The translations under genes were made by a program, and so were the position numbers. Shown here one piece after another: positions 26,944 through 36,536 of a DNA stretch of 64,000 bases. The notes under the pieces were generated by a model. That model worked only from the letters and a program-made list of their open reading frames with translations, had not been told where the DNA came from and did no database searches. Numbering within the stretch: position 1 is the first letter of the stretch; every line of letters starts with the position of its first letter. Origin of the DNA: Candidatus Acidiferrum sp. (GTDB taxonomy: Bacteria > Acidobacteriota > Terriglobia > Acidiferrales > UBA7541); the NCBI GenBank assembly GCA_036522855.1, contig DATDFA010000016.1, forward strand, positions 5,809 to 69,808. Direction: 5' to 3'.

Positions 26944-28290
26944 TTGCGCTTATCCGTGATTGGCTGCGGTTACGTCGGGCTGGTGACTGGGGCGTGTCTG
27001 GCCGAGGCCGGCCACGATGTAATGTGCACGGATATTGACGCCGGCCGCATCGCGCAACTGAAGGCCGGTCAGGTTCCAATTTACGAGCAGCACTTGGACA
27101 AGATTCTGGTCTCCGCCGGCAAATCCGGAAAAATTTCATATACCGTCGACTCCGCCGAAGCCATTCGCTTCGGCGATGCGATATTTATTTGTGTTGGCAC
27201 TCCGCCGCGCCACGATGGCAGCGCCGACCTGTCCGCAATCGACCACGTGGCCCAGCAAATCGCCGCCGAAGCCCGTTCACCGAAGCTGGTCGTGGAAAAA
27301 AGCACCGTGCCCGCGCGCACAGGAATTGAGCTGCAGCGCGTCCTTTCTGCATACAGCCGCGGTAACGGCGGTTTCCGCGTCGCTTCCAATCCGGAATTCC
27401 TGCGCGAAGGTACGGCGGTCGAAGACTTCTTCCATCCGGATCGTATCGTGGTTGGCGTCGAAGATCCCGCCGCCGCTGAGCAGTTGCACGAAATTTACCG
27501 GCCCATCTTGGAACGCAAATTCACTTGCCCCATTCACGGCGGCGGATGCCCCGATAGCTACAAAGCCGAATTCCTGGTCACCACCATCAGCAGCGCCGAA
27601 CTGATCAAGCACGCTTCCAATTCTTTTCTCGCCCTGAAAATCAGCTACGCCAACGCTGTCTCGGATCTGTGCGAGAAACTTGGCGCGAATGTTGAGGAAG
27701 TCACCCACGCGATGGGCCTCGATCCGCGCATCGGCACTCAATTCCTGAAAGCTGGATTGGGATTTGGCGGCTTTTGTTTTCCGAAGGACATCCAGGCGTT
27801 TATCAGTTTGGCGGCTACTGTCGGCGTCGATTTCGAAATTCTGAAAGCCGCCGAACGCGTCAACAAGCAACGCATCGATCGTTTCCTCGAAAAGGTCATC
27901 AAGGCGCTGTGGGTCGTCAAAGGCAAACGCATTGCTCTTCTTGGCCTGGCGTTCAAAGCCAATACCGATGACATCCGCTTTGCGCCGGCGCTGGAAGTGA
28001 TGAAACGCCTTCTCGAAGAAGGCGCCGATGTACACGCGTGCGATCCGGAGGCGTTGGAAAAAGCAAAAAAACAATTTTCGCAGGCGCACTATCACGAGGA
28101 TCCCTATAAGGCCCTTGAAGGCGCTCATGCGGCCCTGGTTTGCACCGAATGGGATGTTTACAAAACATTGGATTGGGAACGCGCGGGAAAACTTATGGCC
28201 CGAAAGCTCATCGTCGACGGCCGCAACCTTTATTCTCCGGCAAGAATGAAAGCACTCGGGTTTGAATACGAGTCCTTCGGCCGGGACTGA
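26944..28290 (+). CDS. ugd: UDP-glucose 6-dehydrogenase
   Basis: ORF 26830-28290. I chose TTG 26944 (GGGAGA at 26932-26937, 6-nt spacer). The sequence is LSVIGCGYVGLVTGACLAEAGHDV, with the catalytic region GLGFGGFCFPKD and the C-terminal LGLAFKANTDDIR. Confidence 0.85.
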   Translation: MRLSVIGCGYVGLVTGACLAEAGHDVMCTDIDAGRIAQLKAGQVPIYEQHLDKILVSAGKSGKISYTVDSAEAIRFGDAIFICVGTPPRHDGSADLSAIDHVAQQIAAEARSPKLVVEKSTVPARTGIELQRVLSAYSRGNGGFRVASNPEFLREGTAVEDFFHPDRIVVGVEDPAAAEQLHEIYRPILERKFTCPIHGGGCPDSYKAEFLVTTISSAELIKHASNSFLALKISYANAVSDLCEKLGANVEEVTHAMGLDPRIGTQFLKAGLGFGGFCFPKDIQAFISLAATVGVDFEILKAAERVNKQRIDRFLEKVIKALWVVKGKRIALLGLAFKANTDDIRFAPALEVMKRLLEEGADVHACDPEALEKAKKQFSQAHYHEDPYKALEGAHAALVCTEWDVYKTLDWERAGKLMARKLIVDGRNLYSPARMKALGFEYESFGRD

Positions 28291-28323
28291 CCGGACTCCA
28301 GAGCCCTGCCTTAATCATTCTCG

Positions 28324-29271
28324 TTACTTCGCAGCCCGCGCGCGGAACTGTCCTTGAAAATGATCGATCGTTAGCGGTAATCCTTCGGCGAGATCCACTT
28401 TCGGTTCCCACCCGAGTAGGTGTTTGGCTTTTCGAATATCCGGGCAGCGGCGTTTCGGATCATCCTGCGGCAGTGCCTCGAACACAATTGGCCCAGCGTC
28501 TTGAAAATGTCGCCGTACACATTCCGCAAACTCCAAAATCGTCATCTCGACAGGATTTCCTATGTTCACCGGGAAATGTTCTTTGGAAAGCATCAAGCGG
28601 TAAATCCCATCGATCAGGTCAGAAACGTAGCAGAAACTTCGCGTCTGTTTGCCATTGCCGTACACCGTGATGGGCATTCCACTCAATGCTTGAAAGACAA
28701 AATTCGGCAATGCTCGGCCATCGTTCAGTCGCATGCGCGGGCCATACGTATTAAAAATTCGCACAATGCGGCTATCGAGGTCGTAATACCGGTGGTATCC
28801 CATGGTCAGCGCTTCGGAAAAGCGTTTGGCCTCATCGTAAACACTGCGCGGTCCAACCGAATTGACGTGGCCCCAATACTCTTCGGATTGCGGCGACACT
28901 TCAGGGTCGCCATAACACTCGCTGGTGGACGCAAGAAGAAATTTGGCGCCCTTTTCGCGAGCCAACTCCAGGGCATTTTGCGTTCCCACTGACCCCACTC
29001 GCATGGTTTCGATGGGATGGCGTAAATAATCGGGCGGACTGGCCGGTGAAGCAAAATGCAGCACATAAGCGACCTCGCCTTTCACCCGCAGCGGATCGCA
29101 CACATCCGCTTCCTCAAAAGAAAATTGTGGATTATTTTCCAGGTGCCGCAGATTCTCTTCTCGCCCGGTAATAAAATTGTCCAGGCCAAGCACTGGCCAG
29201 CCCTCCGCCAGCAACCGATCGCATAGATGCGATCCCAGGAATCCGGCTGCTCCCGTCACCACCGCCCGCAT
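28324..29271 (-). CDS. UDP-glucuronate decarboxylase (UXS-type SDR)
   Basis: ORF 28324-29394. I chose ATG 29271 (GGAGGA 4 nt upstream). The sequence is [21 protein letters not shown], with [18 protein letters not shown] (YxxxK) and [10 protein letters not shown]. Confidence 0.8.
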   Translation of the reverse strand: MRAVVTGAAGFLGSHLCDRLLAEGWPVLGLDNFITGREENLRHLENNPQFSFEEADVCDPLRVKGEVAYVLHFASPASPPDYLRHPIETMRVGSVGTQNALELAREKGAKFLLASTSECYGDPEVSPQSEEYWGHVNSVGPRSVYDEAKRFSEALTMGYHRYYDLDSRIVRIFNTYGPRMRLNDGRALPNFVFQALSGMPITVYGNGKQTRSFCYVSDLIDGIYRLMLSKEHFPVNIGNPVEMTILEFAECVRRHFQDAGPIVFEALPQDDPKRRCPDIRKAKHLLGWEPKVDLAEGLPLTIDHFQGQFRARAAK

Positions 29272-29375
29272 GATTCCTCCCGAAAATTCCCTTGCCAGTG
29301 TATCGTTGCTTTCCTTGATTGACCATCGGCGCGGCCAGAGATTACCATTTCGCGTTCTGAATGACTTTCCTCTGA

Positions 29376-30035
29376 ATGAGCGAACATCTCGCAAGAATGT
29401 TTTTTACTCGTCGGTTCCTGATGACGGCTGGAATCGGTATTTCGCTATTGGCGCTGGCCGGTTCGTACGCATTTTCCCACGCCGGCTATTGGCTGGTGCG
29501 CGAGGATCCTTTGCAAAAGTCGCAAGCGATCCTGGTTCTCAGCGGCGGTCTCCCGGACCGCGCAATAGCGGCGGCGCAAATTTATCGTGCAGGCTACGCC
29601 AAAGAAGTTTGGTTGACGAAGCCACTGCAGCCTGGCGCATCCATGCAAGAACTTCATTTGCCATACGCCGGCGAGGAGCAATACAGCCGCATGGTCCTGA
29701 TCGACAAGGGCGTCCCAACCTCGAATATTCGTATCTTGCAACCGGCTATCCTCAACACTGTGGATGAACTTCGCGTGCTCGCCGCAACCCTGGACCAGCA
29801 ACCCGGCGCAACGATCATTGTTGTCACCTCAAAAGCCCACACCCGTAGGGTTCGGCTGCTTTGGCGAAAAATCTCGAAGAGTCACACTGGGCGTATGCTC
29901 GTCCGCGCCGCTCCGGACGATCCTTTCGATGAGCAGCACTGGTGGCGGACCACCAATGACGCCTTGAACGTCGTGCGCGAATACCTCGGCTTGCTCAACG
30001 CATGGGCCGGCTTGCCTCTTACACACGCAAAATGA
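29376..30035 (+). CDS. YdcF/ElyC (DUF218) family protein
   Basis: 219 aa with an N-terminal TM helix. It contains AILVLSGG ... [10 protein letters not shown], typical of DUF218. The start could also be ATG 29397 or 29421. Confidence 0.7.
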   Translation: MSEHLARMFFTRRFLMTAGIGISLLALAGSYAFSHAGYWLVREDPLQKSQAILVLSGGLPDRAIAAAQIYRAGYAKEVWLTKPLQPGASMQELHLPYAGEEQYSRMVLIDKGVPTSNIRILQPAILNTVDELRVLAATLDQQPGATIIVVTSKAHTRRVRLLWRKISKSHTGRMLVRAAPDDPFDEQHWWRTTNDALNVVREYLGLLNAWAGLPLTHAK

Positions 30036-30074
30036 TGGCCGCAAGCAATCGCGCGTGGGTCAGCCTTGTCGGAA

Positions 30075-30839
30075 TCAAAAAAACAAAAACCGCTTCTTCT
30101 TTGGCTGCTCGTCAATGATCGCCGGTACGTACGGCAGACCACGCCCTTCAAAAGCCGCCAGCGGATTTTCCACAAATAGCGCCTCCGCCTTCTCGGCTCC
30201 AAATTCCGTCCGCACCAGATCGTACGCCGCGCGAAGTTTGTGTGGGCGTCCCGTTAAGTTGTGCGCGTCGCTGGCGACAAAATGCACAAGGCCGCGTCCG
30301 ATCCAGGCAAACGCTGTCTGCCGCGCAGCCGCGCCAAACACTCCGAGTAATGATCCGCCGGTTACTTGCGCATAACATCCGGTGCGAATCCATCTCTCCA
30401 GCCGTTCCGGTTGCGACCGCATGATTCCGTTTCGTTCCGGGTGTGTGACGATTGGCCGCAGTCCCGCCAGTTGAATTTCGTAAATCGTATTGTCGATGGC
30501 CGGCGGAATGGAGACTTCATTGAACTCCACCAGCAGGTAATCTTTTTGATGAATGCAAAACGGCGAAGCATTTCTCTTTAGCGCCACAATATTTTCTGGA
30601 CTCAAATGGAAATCACATCCGGTCGCAAGCTTCAGCCGGTCGCCGACCGCCTCTTGCAGTTCGGCCGCGGCCCGCCGCACCGCCGCAAAGTCAAAACGAT
30701 ATTCGTTGCTGGAATGAGGCGTAGCGACAACGTGAGTAATTCCATCGGCGATGGCCATTTCGGCCATCGCCACTGACTCTTCGACAGTTCTCGCGCCGTC
30801 GTCCATCCCGCTTAAGATGTGACAATGCAAATCAACCAT
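30075..30839 (-). CDS. PHP-family protein-tyrosine phosphatase (CpsB/YwqE/Wzh type)
   Basis: 254 aa. The N-terminus MVDLHCHILSGMDDGA, together with VVATPHS, IVTHPERN and VASDAHN, gives the metal-binding His/Asp set of CpsB-type phosphatases. Confidence 0.85.
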   Translation of the reverse strand: MVDLHCHILSGMDDGARTVEESVAMAEMAIADGITHVVATPHSSNEYRFDFAAVRRAAAELQEAVGDRLKLATGCDFHLSPENIVALKRNASPFCIHQKDYLLVEFNEVSIPPAIDNTIYEIQLAGLRPIVTHPERNGIMRSQPERLERWIRTGCYAQVTGGSLLGVFGAAARQTAFAWIGRGLVHFVASDAHNLTGRPHKLRAAYDLVRTEFGAEKAEALFVENPLAAFEGRGLPYVPAIIDEQPKKKRFLFF

Positions 30840-30854
30840 GATTTCGCGGAACCG

Positions 30855-31238
30855 TCATCCTCGTGATGCGCTGTAAATCTGATAGAGCCCCAACAAAAAC
30901 ATCAATGACGCAAAGATCCGCCGCATCCGCGCCGCAGGAATGCGCTTGGCAAGGCTACCGCCCGCGATTCCTCCCAAAAAAACTCCAGGAATCAGCAGCA
31001 GCCCCGTCGGAAATGACACGTAGCCCGCCTTTGCGTAGGCGATCACAGCCAGCAAGCCGGTCGGTGGAATTAACGCCACCAGACTCGTTCCTTGCGCGCG
31101 GTGTTGGCTGAATCCAAGCAACAATCCCAGAATCGGTACCAGTATCACGCCGCCGCCAATTCCAAACAGTCCGGAGGCAATTCCAGCAGTCACTCCAGCT
31201 AGCAAGACACCGGCGTCCAAAAGCACCCGGCGATTCAC
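30855..31238 (-). CDS. half-size TSUP (TauE/SafE) family membrane transporter subunit, second half
   Basis: 127 aa, GTG start, overlapping the upstream stop (GTGA; plus strand TCAC at 31235-31238). It has four TM helices and the motif GLFGIGGGVILVPIL. Confidence 0.7.
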   Translation of the reverse strand: MNRRVLLDAGVLLAGVTAGIASGLFGIGGGVILVPILGLLLGFSQHRAQGTSLVALIPPTGLLAVIAYAKAGYVSFPTGLLLIPGVFLGGIAGGSLAKRIPAARMRRIFASLMFLLGLYQIYSASRG

Positions 31239-31648
31239 GCCCTATTTTCCTTTATTTCGGCTTCCACGGGAGCTGCCGGTCGCGCCTTCATCCACAGCAG
31301 CACTGCCGAAAACATCAAGAACCCGCCAAATAATCCTTTCAGCATTTGCGTCGACATCGGCACCGCAATTTTTCCCCCGATGTATGCCCCTAGCAGCATA
31401 CCGGCTGCGCATAAAATTCCTGCGCGTAGGTCTACATTCCCAGCTTTCCAGTATTTCCACAGCGCGCCCAAACCGATGGGCGGAAGCAAAATAAACAGCG
31501 AAGTCCCCTGCGCGAGATGCTGGTCCATACCAAGAACGTGCACCATCGCCGGAACCAGCACGATGCCGCCGCCGATTCCGAGCAGCCCGACCAGAATTCC
31601 CGCAGTCACGCCCAGCGCCAAAACCAGAACAATCGTCAAGCCATCCAC
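31235..31648 (-). CDS. half-size TSUP (TauE/SafE) family membrane transporter subunit, first half
   Basis: 137 aa, GTG start. It has four TM helices and the motif GLLGIGGGIVLVPAM. Confidence 0.7.
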   Translation of the reverse strand: MDGLTIVLVLALGVTAGILVGLLGIGGGIVLVPAMVHVLGMDQHLAQGTSLFILLPPIGLGALWKYWKAGNVDLRAGILCAAGMLLGAYIGGKIAVPMSTQMLKGLFGGFLMFSAVLLWMKARPAAPVEAEIKENRA

Positions 31649-31885
31649 CCTGAAAACCGCTCTAAATTCCGCCCGATACTTATTCTCTCGATATTCATTC
31701 TCTTAGCCTCACTCCGATCACGCAACGTTCTCAGGCTCAGGCCATGCGTAACATACACTTCTTCCAGCCGAGCCGGGTCTTCTTCCGAAACTGTTATATT
31801 AGTAGCGCAGCTTTTCTGGCGCCGCGGGCGCGCGCGTTTTCATTTTCATTTCATTCTTGTTGGACCGAGGAGCGATCAGATTCAG

Positions 31886-33241
31886 ATGCCGACCGACCGG
31901 AGACCCGAATTCTTCAAAGGTGCGCAGCTAAAGGTTGGAATTATCGGATGTGGCTATGTCGGCCTTCCCTTGGCCCTTCGCTTTGCCGAAGCCGGTCACA
32001 AAGTTACTGGTTTCGACACGGATCCCGCCAAGGTCTCGCTGCTCAATGCTGGCAAATCCTATATCGAACACATTCAACAAACTAAAATTCAGCAGTTCGT
32101 CATCAGCCGTCATTTCAACGCCACCACGGACTTTTCCAGGCTCAAGGAAGTCGATGCCGTCCTCATTTGCGTTCCTACGCCTCTCGACGAACGTCGCGAA
32201 CCCGACCTCAGTTATGTCGAACAGACCGCGGTCTCCATTCAGCCCCACCTCCAGAAAGGACAGCTCGTGGTCTTGGAATCCACTACCTACCCGGGCACGA
32301 CCGAAGAGCTGGTTCTGCCCATTCTCGAAAAAAGCGGATTGAAATGCCCCATCGCTTCCGGGATCGAGAGCGAAAATATCCCAAGCGATTTTTTCCTGGC
32401 CTTTTCCCCCGAACGCGAAGATCCCGGCAATAGACAGTATGGCTTGGCGCAAATTCCCAAGGTTGTTGGCGGCATCAATCCGCCAAGCAGCCGCGCCGCG
32501 CTTGCTCTGTACGCGCAAGTCGTGGCGAAGGTCGTACCGGTCAGCTCCACCCGCGCGGCGGAAATGGCCAAGCTCCTCGAAAACATCTTTCGGTGTGTCA
32601 ATATTGCATTGGTCAACGAACTAAAACTCCTTGCCACGCGCATGAACATCGACATCTGGGAAGTCATCGAAGCTGCCTCCACTAAACCTTTTGGCTTCAT
32701 GCCCTTCTATCCGGGCCCGGGTCTGGGAGGGCACTGCATCCCCGTCGATCCCTTTTATTTGTCGTGGAAAGCACGCGAATTTGACTTTGCCGCCCGTTTC
32801 ATCGAACTGGCCGGCGAAATCAATACTTCCATGCCCTACCACGTGGTCGACACCGTCGCCAACTCGCTCAACGGCCAGAAAAAAAGTTTGAATGCCTCTC
32901 GATTGTTGATCTTGGGCGTCGCCTACAAAAAAGATGTGGACGACCTGCGCGAATCGCCTTCTCTCAAAATTATGCAGTTGCTCCTGCAACGCGGCGCTCT
33001 AGTCGATTACAACGACCCGTACTTCCCGCAAATGCATAAAATGCGCCACTACAATTTTGAAAATATGAAGTCAGTTCCGATCTCCGCCGAATCGCTCGGT
33101 AAGTACGACGCTGCCATCATTGCCACCGATCATTCCAGTTACGATTACCACGCCATCGTGGACGGCTCGAAGCTCGTCATTGACACCCGTAACGCCACCC
33201 GCCGCGTCACACGTAACCGCAATCGCATCGTCCCCTGCTAA
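31886..33241 (+). CDS. nucleotide-sugar dehydrogenase, UDP-N-acetyl-hexosamine 6-dehydrogenase-like (WbpA/TviB type)
   Basis: ORF 31517-33241, but the first 123 codons overlap the TSUP gene on the other strand. I chose ATG 31886 (GAGGAG at 31867-31872). The sequence has LKVGIIGCGYVGLPLALRFAEAGHKV, GPGLGGHCIPVDP and LGVAYKKDVDDLRESP. Confidence 0.8.
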   Translation: MPTDRRPEFFKGAQLKVGIIGCGYVGLPLALRFAEAGHKVTGFDTDPAKVSLLNAGKSYIEHIQQTKIQQFVISRHFNATTDFSRLKEVDAVLICVPTPLDERREPDLSYVEQTAVSIQPHLQKGQLVVLESTTYPGTTEELVLPILEKSGLKCPIASGIESENIPSDFFLAFSPEREDPGNRQYGLAQIPKVVGGINPPSSRAALALYAQVVAKVVPVSSTRAAEMAKLLENIFRCVNIALVNELKLLATRMNIDIWEVIEAASTKPFGFMPFYPGPGLGGHCIPVDPFYLSWKAREFDFAARFIELAGEINTSMPYHVVDTVANSLNGQKKSLNASRLLILGVAYKKDVDDLRESPSLKIMQLLLQRGALVDYNDPYFPQMHKMRHYNFENMKSVPISAESLGKYDAAIIATDHSSYDYHAIVDGSKLVIDTRNATRRVTRNRNRIVPC

Positions 33242-33320
33242 CCAGCATATTCATTCTTGGTCCATTCTTGGCCACGCTAAGGCGGCGAGCGGGCTCAACA
33301 GTGATTGCCGCGCCATTTCG

Positions 33321-33349
33321 TTGACTTGATTTCTCTCGCAACCTAGAAT
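33321..33349 (+). promoter_or_regulatory. near-consensus sigma70-type promoter immediately upstream of the Ser/Thr kinase ATG
   Basis: TTGACT (33321-33326), a 17-nt spacer, then TAGAAT (33344-33349). The kinase ATG is at 33359, only 9 nt after the -10 hexamer, and there is no Shine-Dalgarno sequence in between. Confidence 0.5.
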
Positions 33350-33358
33350 TGCCACACT

Positions 33359-36300
33359 ATGCCGGATCCGCAATCTCTCCTGGGACAAACCCTCTCCCAT
33401 TACAAAATTGCAGAAAAATTGGGCGGCGGCGGCATGGGCATAGTCTATAAAGCTGAAGACAGCCGCCTTCATCGTTTTGTCGCTCTAAAGTTCCTTCCTG
33501 ACGACGTCGCAAAAAATCCGCAAGTCCTCGCCCGCTTCCAACGCGAAGCTCAGGCTGCTTCCGCTCTGAATCACGCCAACATCTGCACCATCTACGATAT
33601 CGGCAACGAGGACGGCAAAGCCTTCATCGCCATGGAGTATCTCGACGGCCAAACTCTAAAGCACCTCATCATGGGCCGCCCGCTCGATATGGAAGTTTTT
33701 CTCGACATCGGCATCGAAGTCGCCGACGCTCTCGACGCCGCGCACTCCATGGGCATCGTTCATCGCGATATCAAGCCCGCTAACATTTTCGTCACCAAGC
33801 GCGGCCACGCAAAAATCCTCGACTTCGGCCTCGCTAAGTTGCGCTCCGTTCCGGGCACGGAGTCCGCTTCCAGCATCGAAACCATGGTCACGCAAGGCGT
33901 CGATCCCGAGCACCTTACCAGCCCTGGCAGCACCATCGGCACCGTTTCCTATATGTCGCCCGAACAGGTTCGCGCCAAAGAACTGGACCCGCGCACCGAT
34001 CTCTTTTCTTTCGGCGTCGTTCTCTATGAGATGGCCACCGGCCAGTTGCCCTTCCGCGGCGAAAGCTCCGCCGTCATTTTCGAGTCCATCATGAACCGCC
34101 TTCCCATCTCGCCGGTTCGCCTCAATCCCGATCTGCCTCCCGAACTTGAACGCATCATCCGTAAAGCTTTGGAAAAAGACCGCGAGCTTCGCTATCAGTC
34201 CGCTGCCGATTTGCGCAGCGATCTGAAACGCCTCAAACGCGAACTCGATTCCGCTCGCAGCTCCGGTTCCGTCCACATCGTTCCTGAATCCACCGCCAGT
34301 TCTGGAGCGGTGCCCCCTGCACTAACCGGCGCCGCGGGCGCCCATCCAAGTTCTTCTTTCGCGTCCGCATCTGCAGCCAGTGGGGCGCCGCCGACCAGCA
34401 CCGTTTCCACAGGCGTCAATGCACAGCCTTCCGGCAGCTCCGTCACCATCCCCGCAAAATCGAAGCGTTGGTTGTACATTGCGGGCTCAGCAGTCCTGAT
34501 CCTGGCTGTTGCCACTGCGTTGCTCTTCACGCGCCGCACCAGTGCGCTTACCGAAAAGGACTCCATCCTCCTCACCGAATTCGTAAATACCACCGGCGAC
34601 CCTGTCTTTGACGGCACTCTGAAACAGGCTCTCGCCGTGCAGCTCGAGCAATCGCCGTACCTGAATGTCTTCCCGCAATCCCGGATTCAGGAAGCATTAA
34701 AGTACATGGGCAGGCCACCAGGAGAGCGCATCACCAGCGACATCGGCCGCGAAATCTGCCAGCGTACGGGTGTAAAAGCCTTGCTTACCGGCTCGATCGC
34801 AAGTCTGGGAACGCACTACGTGATCACGCTTGGAGCGGTAAACGCGCAAAACGGCGACACGCTAGCCAGCGAACAGGCCGAAGCGGAAAGCAAAGAACAG
34901 GTACTCAAATCGCTCGACCATGGCGCATCGCGTCTCCGCCAGAAACTCGGTGAATCTCTGGCCTCCGTCCAGCAATTCGCCAAACCGCTTGACCTGGCGA
35001 CCACCTCTTCACTGGACGCGCTGAAGGAGTACACCGCTGGCGAAGCTGATCACTTAACGCAAAATGATGTCGCCGCCATTCCGCATCTGATCCGCGCAAC
35101 TCAACTCGATCCGAATTTTGCCTTGGCCTATGCAACCCTCGGAGTCGCCTACGGCAATACCGTTGAACTTGCCGCGGCCCAGGAGAATCTCAGAAAAGCC
35201 TTTGCTCTCAAGGATCGCGCCACCGAGCCCGAACGCTTCTACATCCAAGCCCACTTGTACGACCAGGTGACAGGGGAACTCGATAAAGCCATCGCTGCCT
35301 ACGAGCAATGGCTGCAGACCTATCCTCGCGACTCAATTCCTGCGGACAACCTCGGCCTCGCATATCTGACTATCGGAGAGTTTGAGAAAACTCTCGCTCT
35401 CGGCAAGCAGGCCCTTGATGCGGATCCCACCGATAGCTACGCTCGCGAACACATGATTTATTCCTATCTCTGCCTTAACCGTCTTGCTGAGGCTCGGGCC
35501 CTTGCCGAAGACAGCGTCGCAAAAAAACTTGATAATGGACCTGTTCACAACCACTTATTCGTGCTCGCCTTCTTAAAAAAAGATCAGCCTGGCATGGACA
35601 AAGAGCTGGCGTGGGCGAAGGGTACTGAGAACGAGCCATTCCTCCTGGCGCTGAAGGTGAAGGCGGAGTCGTCCCGAGGTCAGCTAAAGCTTTCAGAAAG
35701 CTCCTTGCGCGAAGCCGAGACCGCCTCATTGCACAACGGCATGAAAGAGTTCACGGCCGTTCTGAAGACGGCAGCAGGCGCCCGACGAGCGACTTACGGC
35801 GATTGCGCCACCGCCAAAGCCTTCGTGCAGGCATCCCTCGCGCAAGTGCCAACTGGAGATAACCGCAGATTGGCTGCAGTTGTTCTGGCCCAGTGTGGTG
35901 ACGCCACAGCGGCAAGCAAGATGATTGAAGCTGAGTTGAAAGCATCTCCGCTGGATTCCGTGCTTCGCGGCATTTATGTGCCTCTGGTCGAAGCAAGCAG
36001 CAGCCTGCAAAGGGGCGATGGCTCAAGCGCCGTCGCGGCATTGGAACCAGCACGACGATTTGAACTTGCCGGCACGCCCCCAAACGCTCCCTACGCGATT
36101 CTGTACGTGAGAGGAAGAGCGTACCTGCAATCGAAACAGCCGGATAAGGCCGCAGTAGAGTTTCAAAAAATTCTCGATTTTCCTGGCCGCGAGGCGACCA
36201 GCGAACTGATTTCCTTGTCCCAATTGCAACTCGCACGCGCCTACGCCATGCAGAATGACACCGCCAAGGCCCGCACCGCCTATCAGGATTTTCTCGCCCT

Positions 36301-36370
36301 CTGGAAAGACGCCGATCCCGACATCCCCATCCTCAAACAAGCCAAAGCCGAATACGACAAACTCCAGTAG
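33359..36370 (+). CDS. Hanks-type Ser/Thr protein kinase with TM helix, extracytoplasmic domain and TPR-like C-terminus
   Basis: 1003 aa. Kinase subdomains are [34 protein letters not shown] and YMSPEQ. After a low-complexity S/A/P linker comes the TM helix [20 protein letters not shown], then about 600 aa with TPR-like helical repeats. Confidence 0.85.
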   Translation: MPDPQSLLGQTLSHYKIAEKLGGGGMGIVYKAEDSRLHRFVALKFLPDDVAKNPQVLARFQREAQAASALNHANICTIYDIGNEDGKAFIAMEYLDGQTLKHLIMGRPLDMEVFLDIGIEVADALDAAHSMGIVHRDIKPANIFVTKRGHAKILDFGLAKLRSVPGTESASSIETMVTQGVDPEHLTSPGSTIGTVSYMSPEQVRAKELDPRTDLFSFGVVLYEMATGQLPFRGESSAVIFESIMNRLPISPVRLNPDLPPELERIIRKALEKDRELRYQSAADLRSDLKRLKRELDSARSSGSVHIVPESTASSGAVPPALTGAAGAHPSSSFASASAASGAPPTSTVSTGVNAQPSGSSVTIPAKSKRWLYIAGSAVLILAVATALLFTRRTSALTEKDSILLTEFVNTTGDPVFDGTLKQALAVQLEQSPYLNVFPQSRIQEALKYMGRPPGERITSDIGREICQRTGVKALLTGSIASLGTHYVITLGAVNAQNGDTLASEQAEAESKEQVLKSLDHGASRLRQKLGESLASVQQFAKPLDLATTSSLDALKEYTAGEADHLTQNDVAAIPHLIRATQLDPNFALAYATLGVAYGNTVELAAAQENLRKAFALKDRATEPERFYIQAHLYDQVTGELDKAIAAYEQWLQTYPRDSIPADNLGLAYLTIGEFEKTLALGKQALDADPTDSYAREHMIYSYLCLNRLAEARALAEDSVAKKLDNGPVHNHLFVLAFLKKDQPGMDKELAWAKGTENEPFLLALKVKAESSRGQLKLSESSLREAETASLHNGMKEFTAVLKTAAGARRATYGDCATAKAFVQASLAQVPTGDNRRLAAVVLAQCGDATAASKMIEAELKASPLDSVLRGIYVPLVEASSSLQRGDGSSAVAALEPARRFELAGTPPNAPYAILYVRGRAYLQSKQPDKAAVEFQKILDFPGREATSELISLSQLQLARAYAMQNDTAKARTAYQDFLALWKDADPDIPILKQAKAEYDKLQ

Positions 36371-36536
36371 TCCTTTTTCATTCCCTAGCGACAAAAGCTA
36401 CAAAAACTGCAAATCACCGCTTCGTAGCCTCCCGTTCAAAGGACGCGACCCGAATCGTTCTTCAGGCATCACTCCCGTGTCAGTGCCGAATCCTTAGCCT
36501 TAAGGGCCGGCGTCACACACGTCAGTCGCCCACACT

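Noticed and set aside
31517-31885. N-terminal 123-codon extension of the sugar-nucleotide dehydrogenase ORF (track start 31517)
   Set aside because: The extension overlaps the TSUP gene on the opposite strand and translates to low-complexity H/R/Q-rich sequence. The Rossmann fold begins right after ATG 31886, which has a GAGGAG site upstream.
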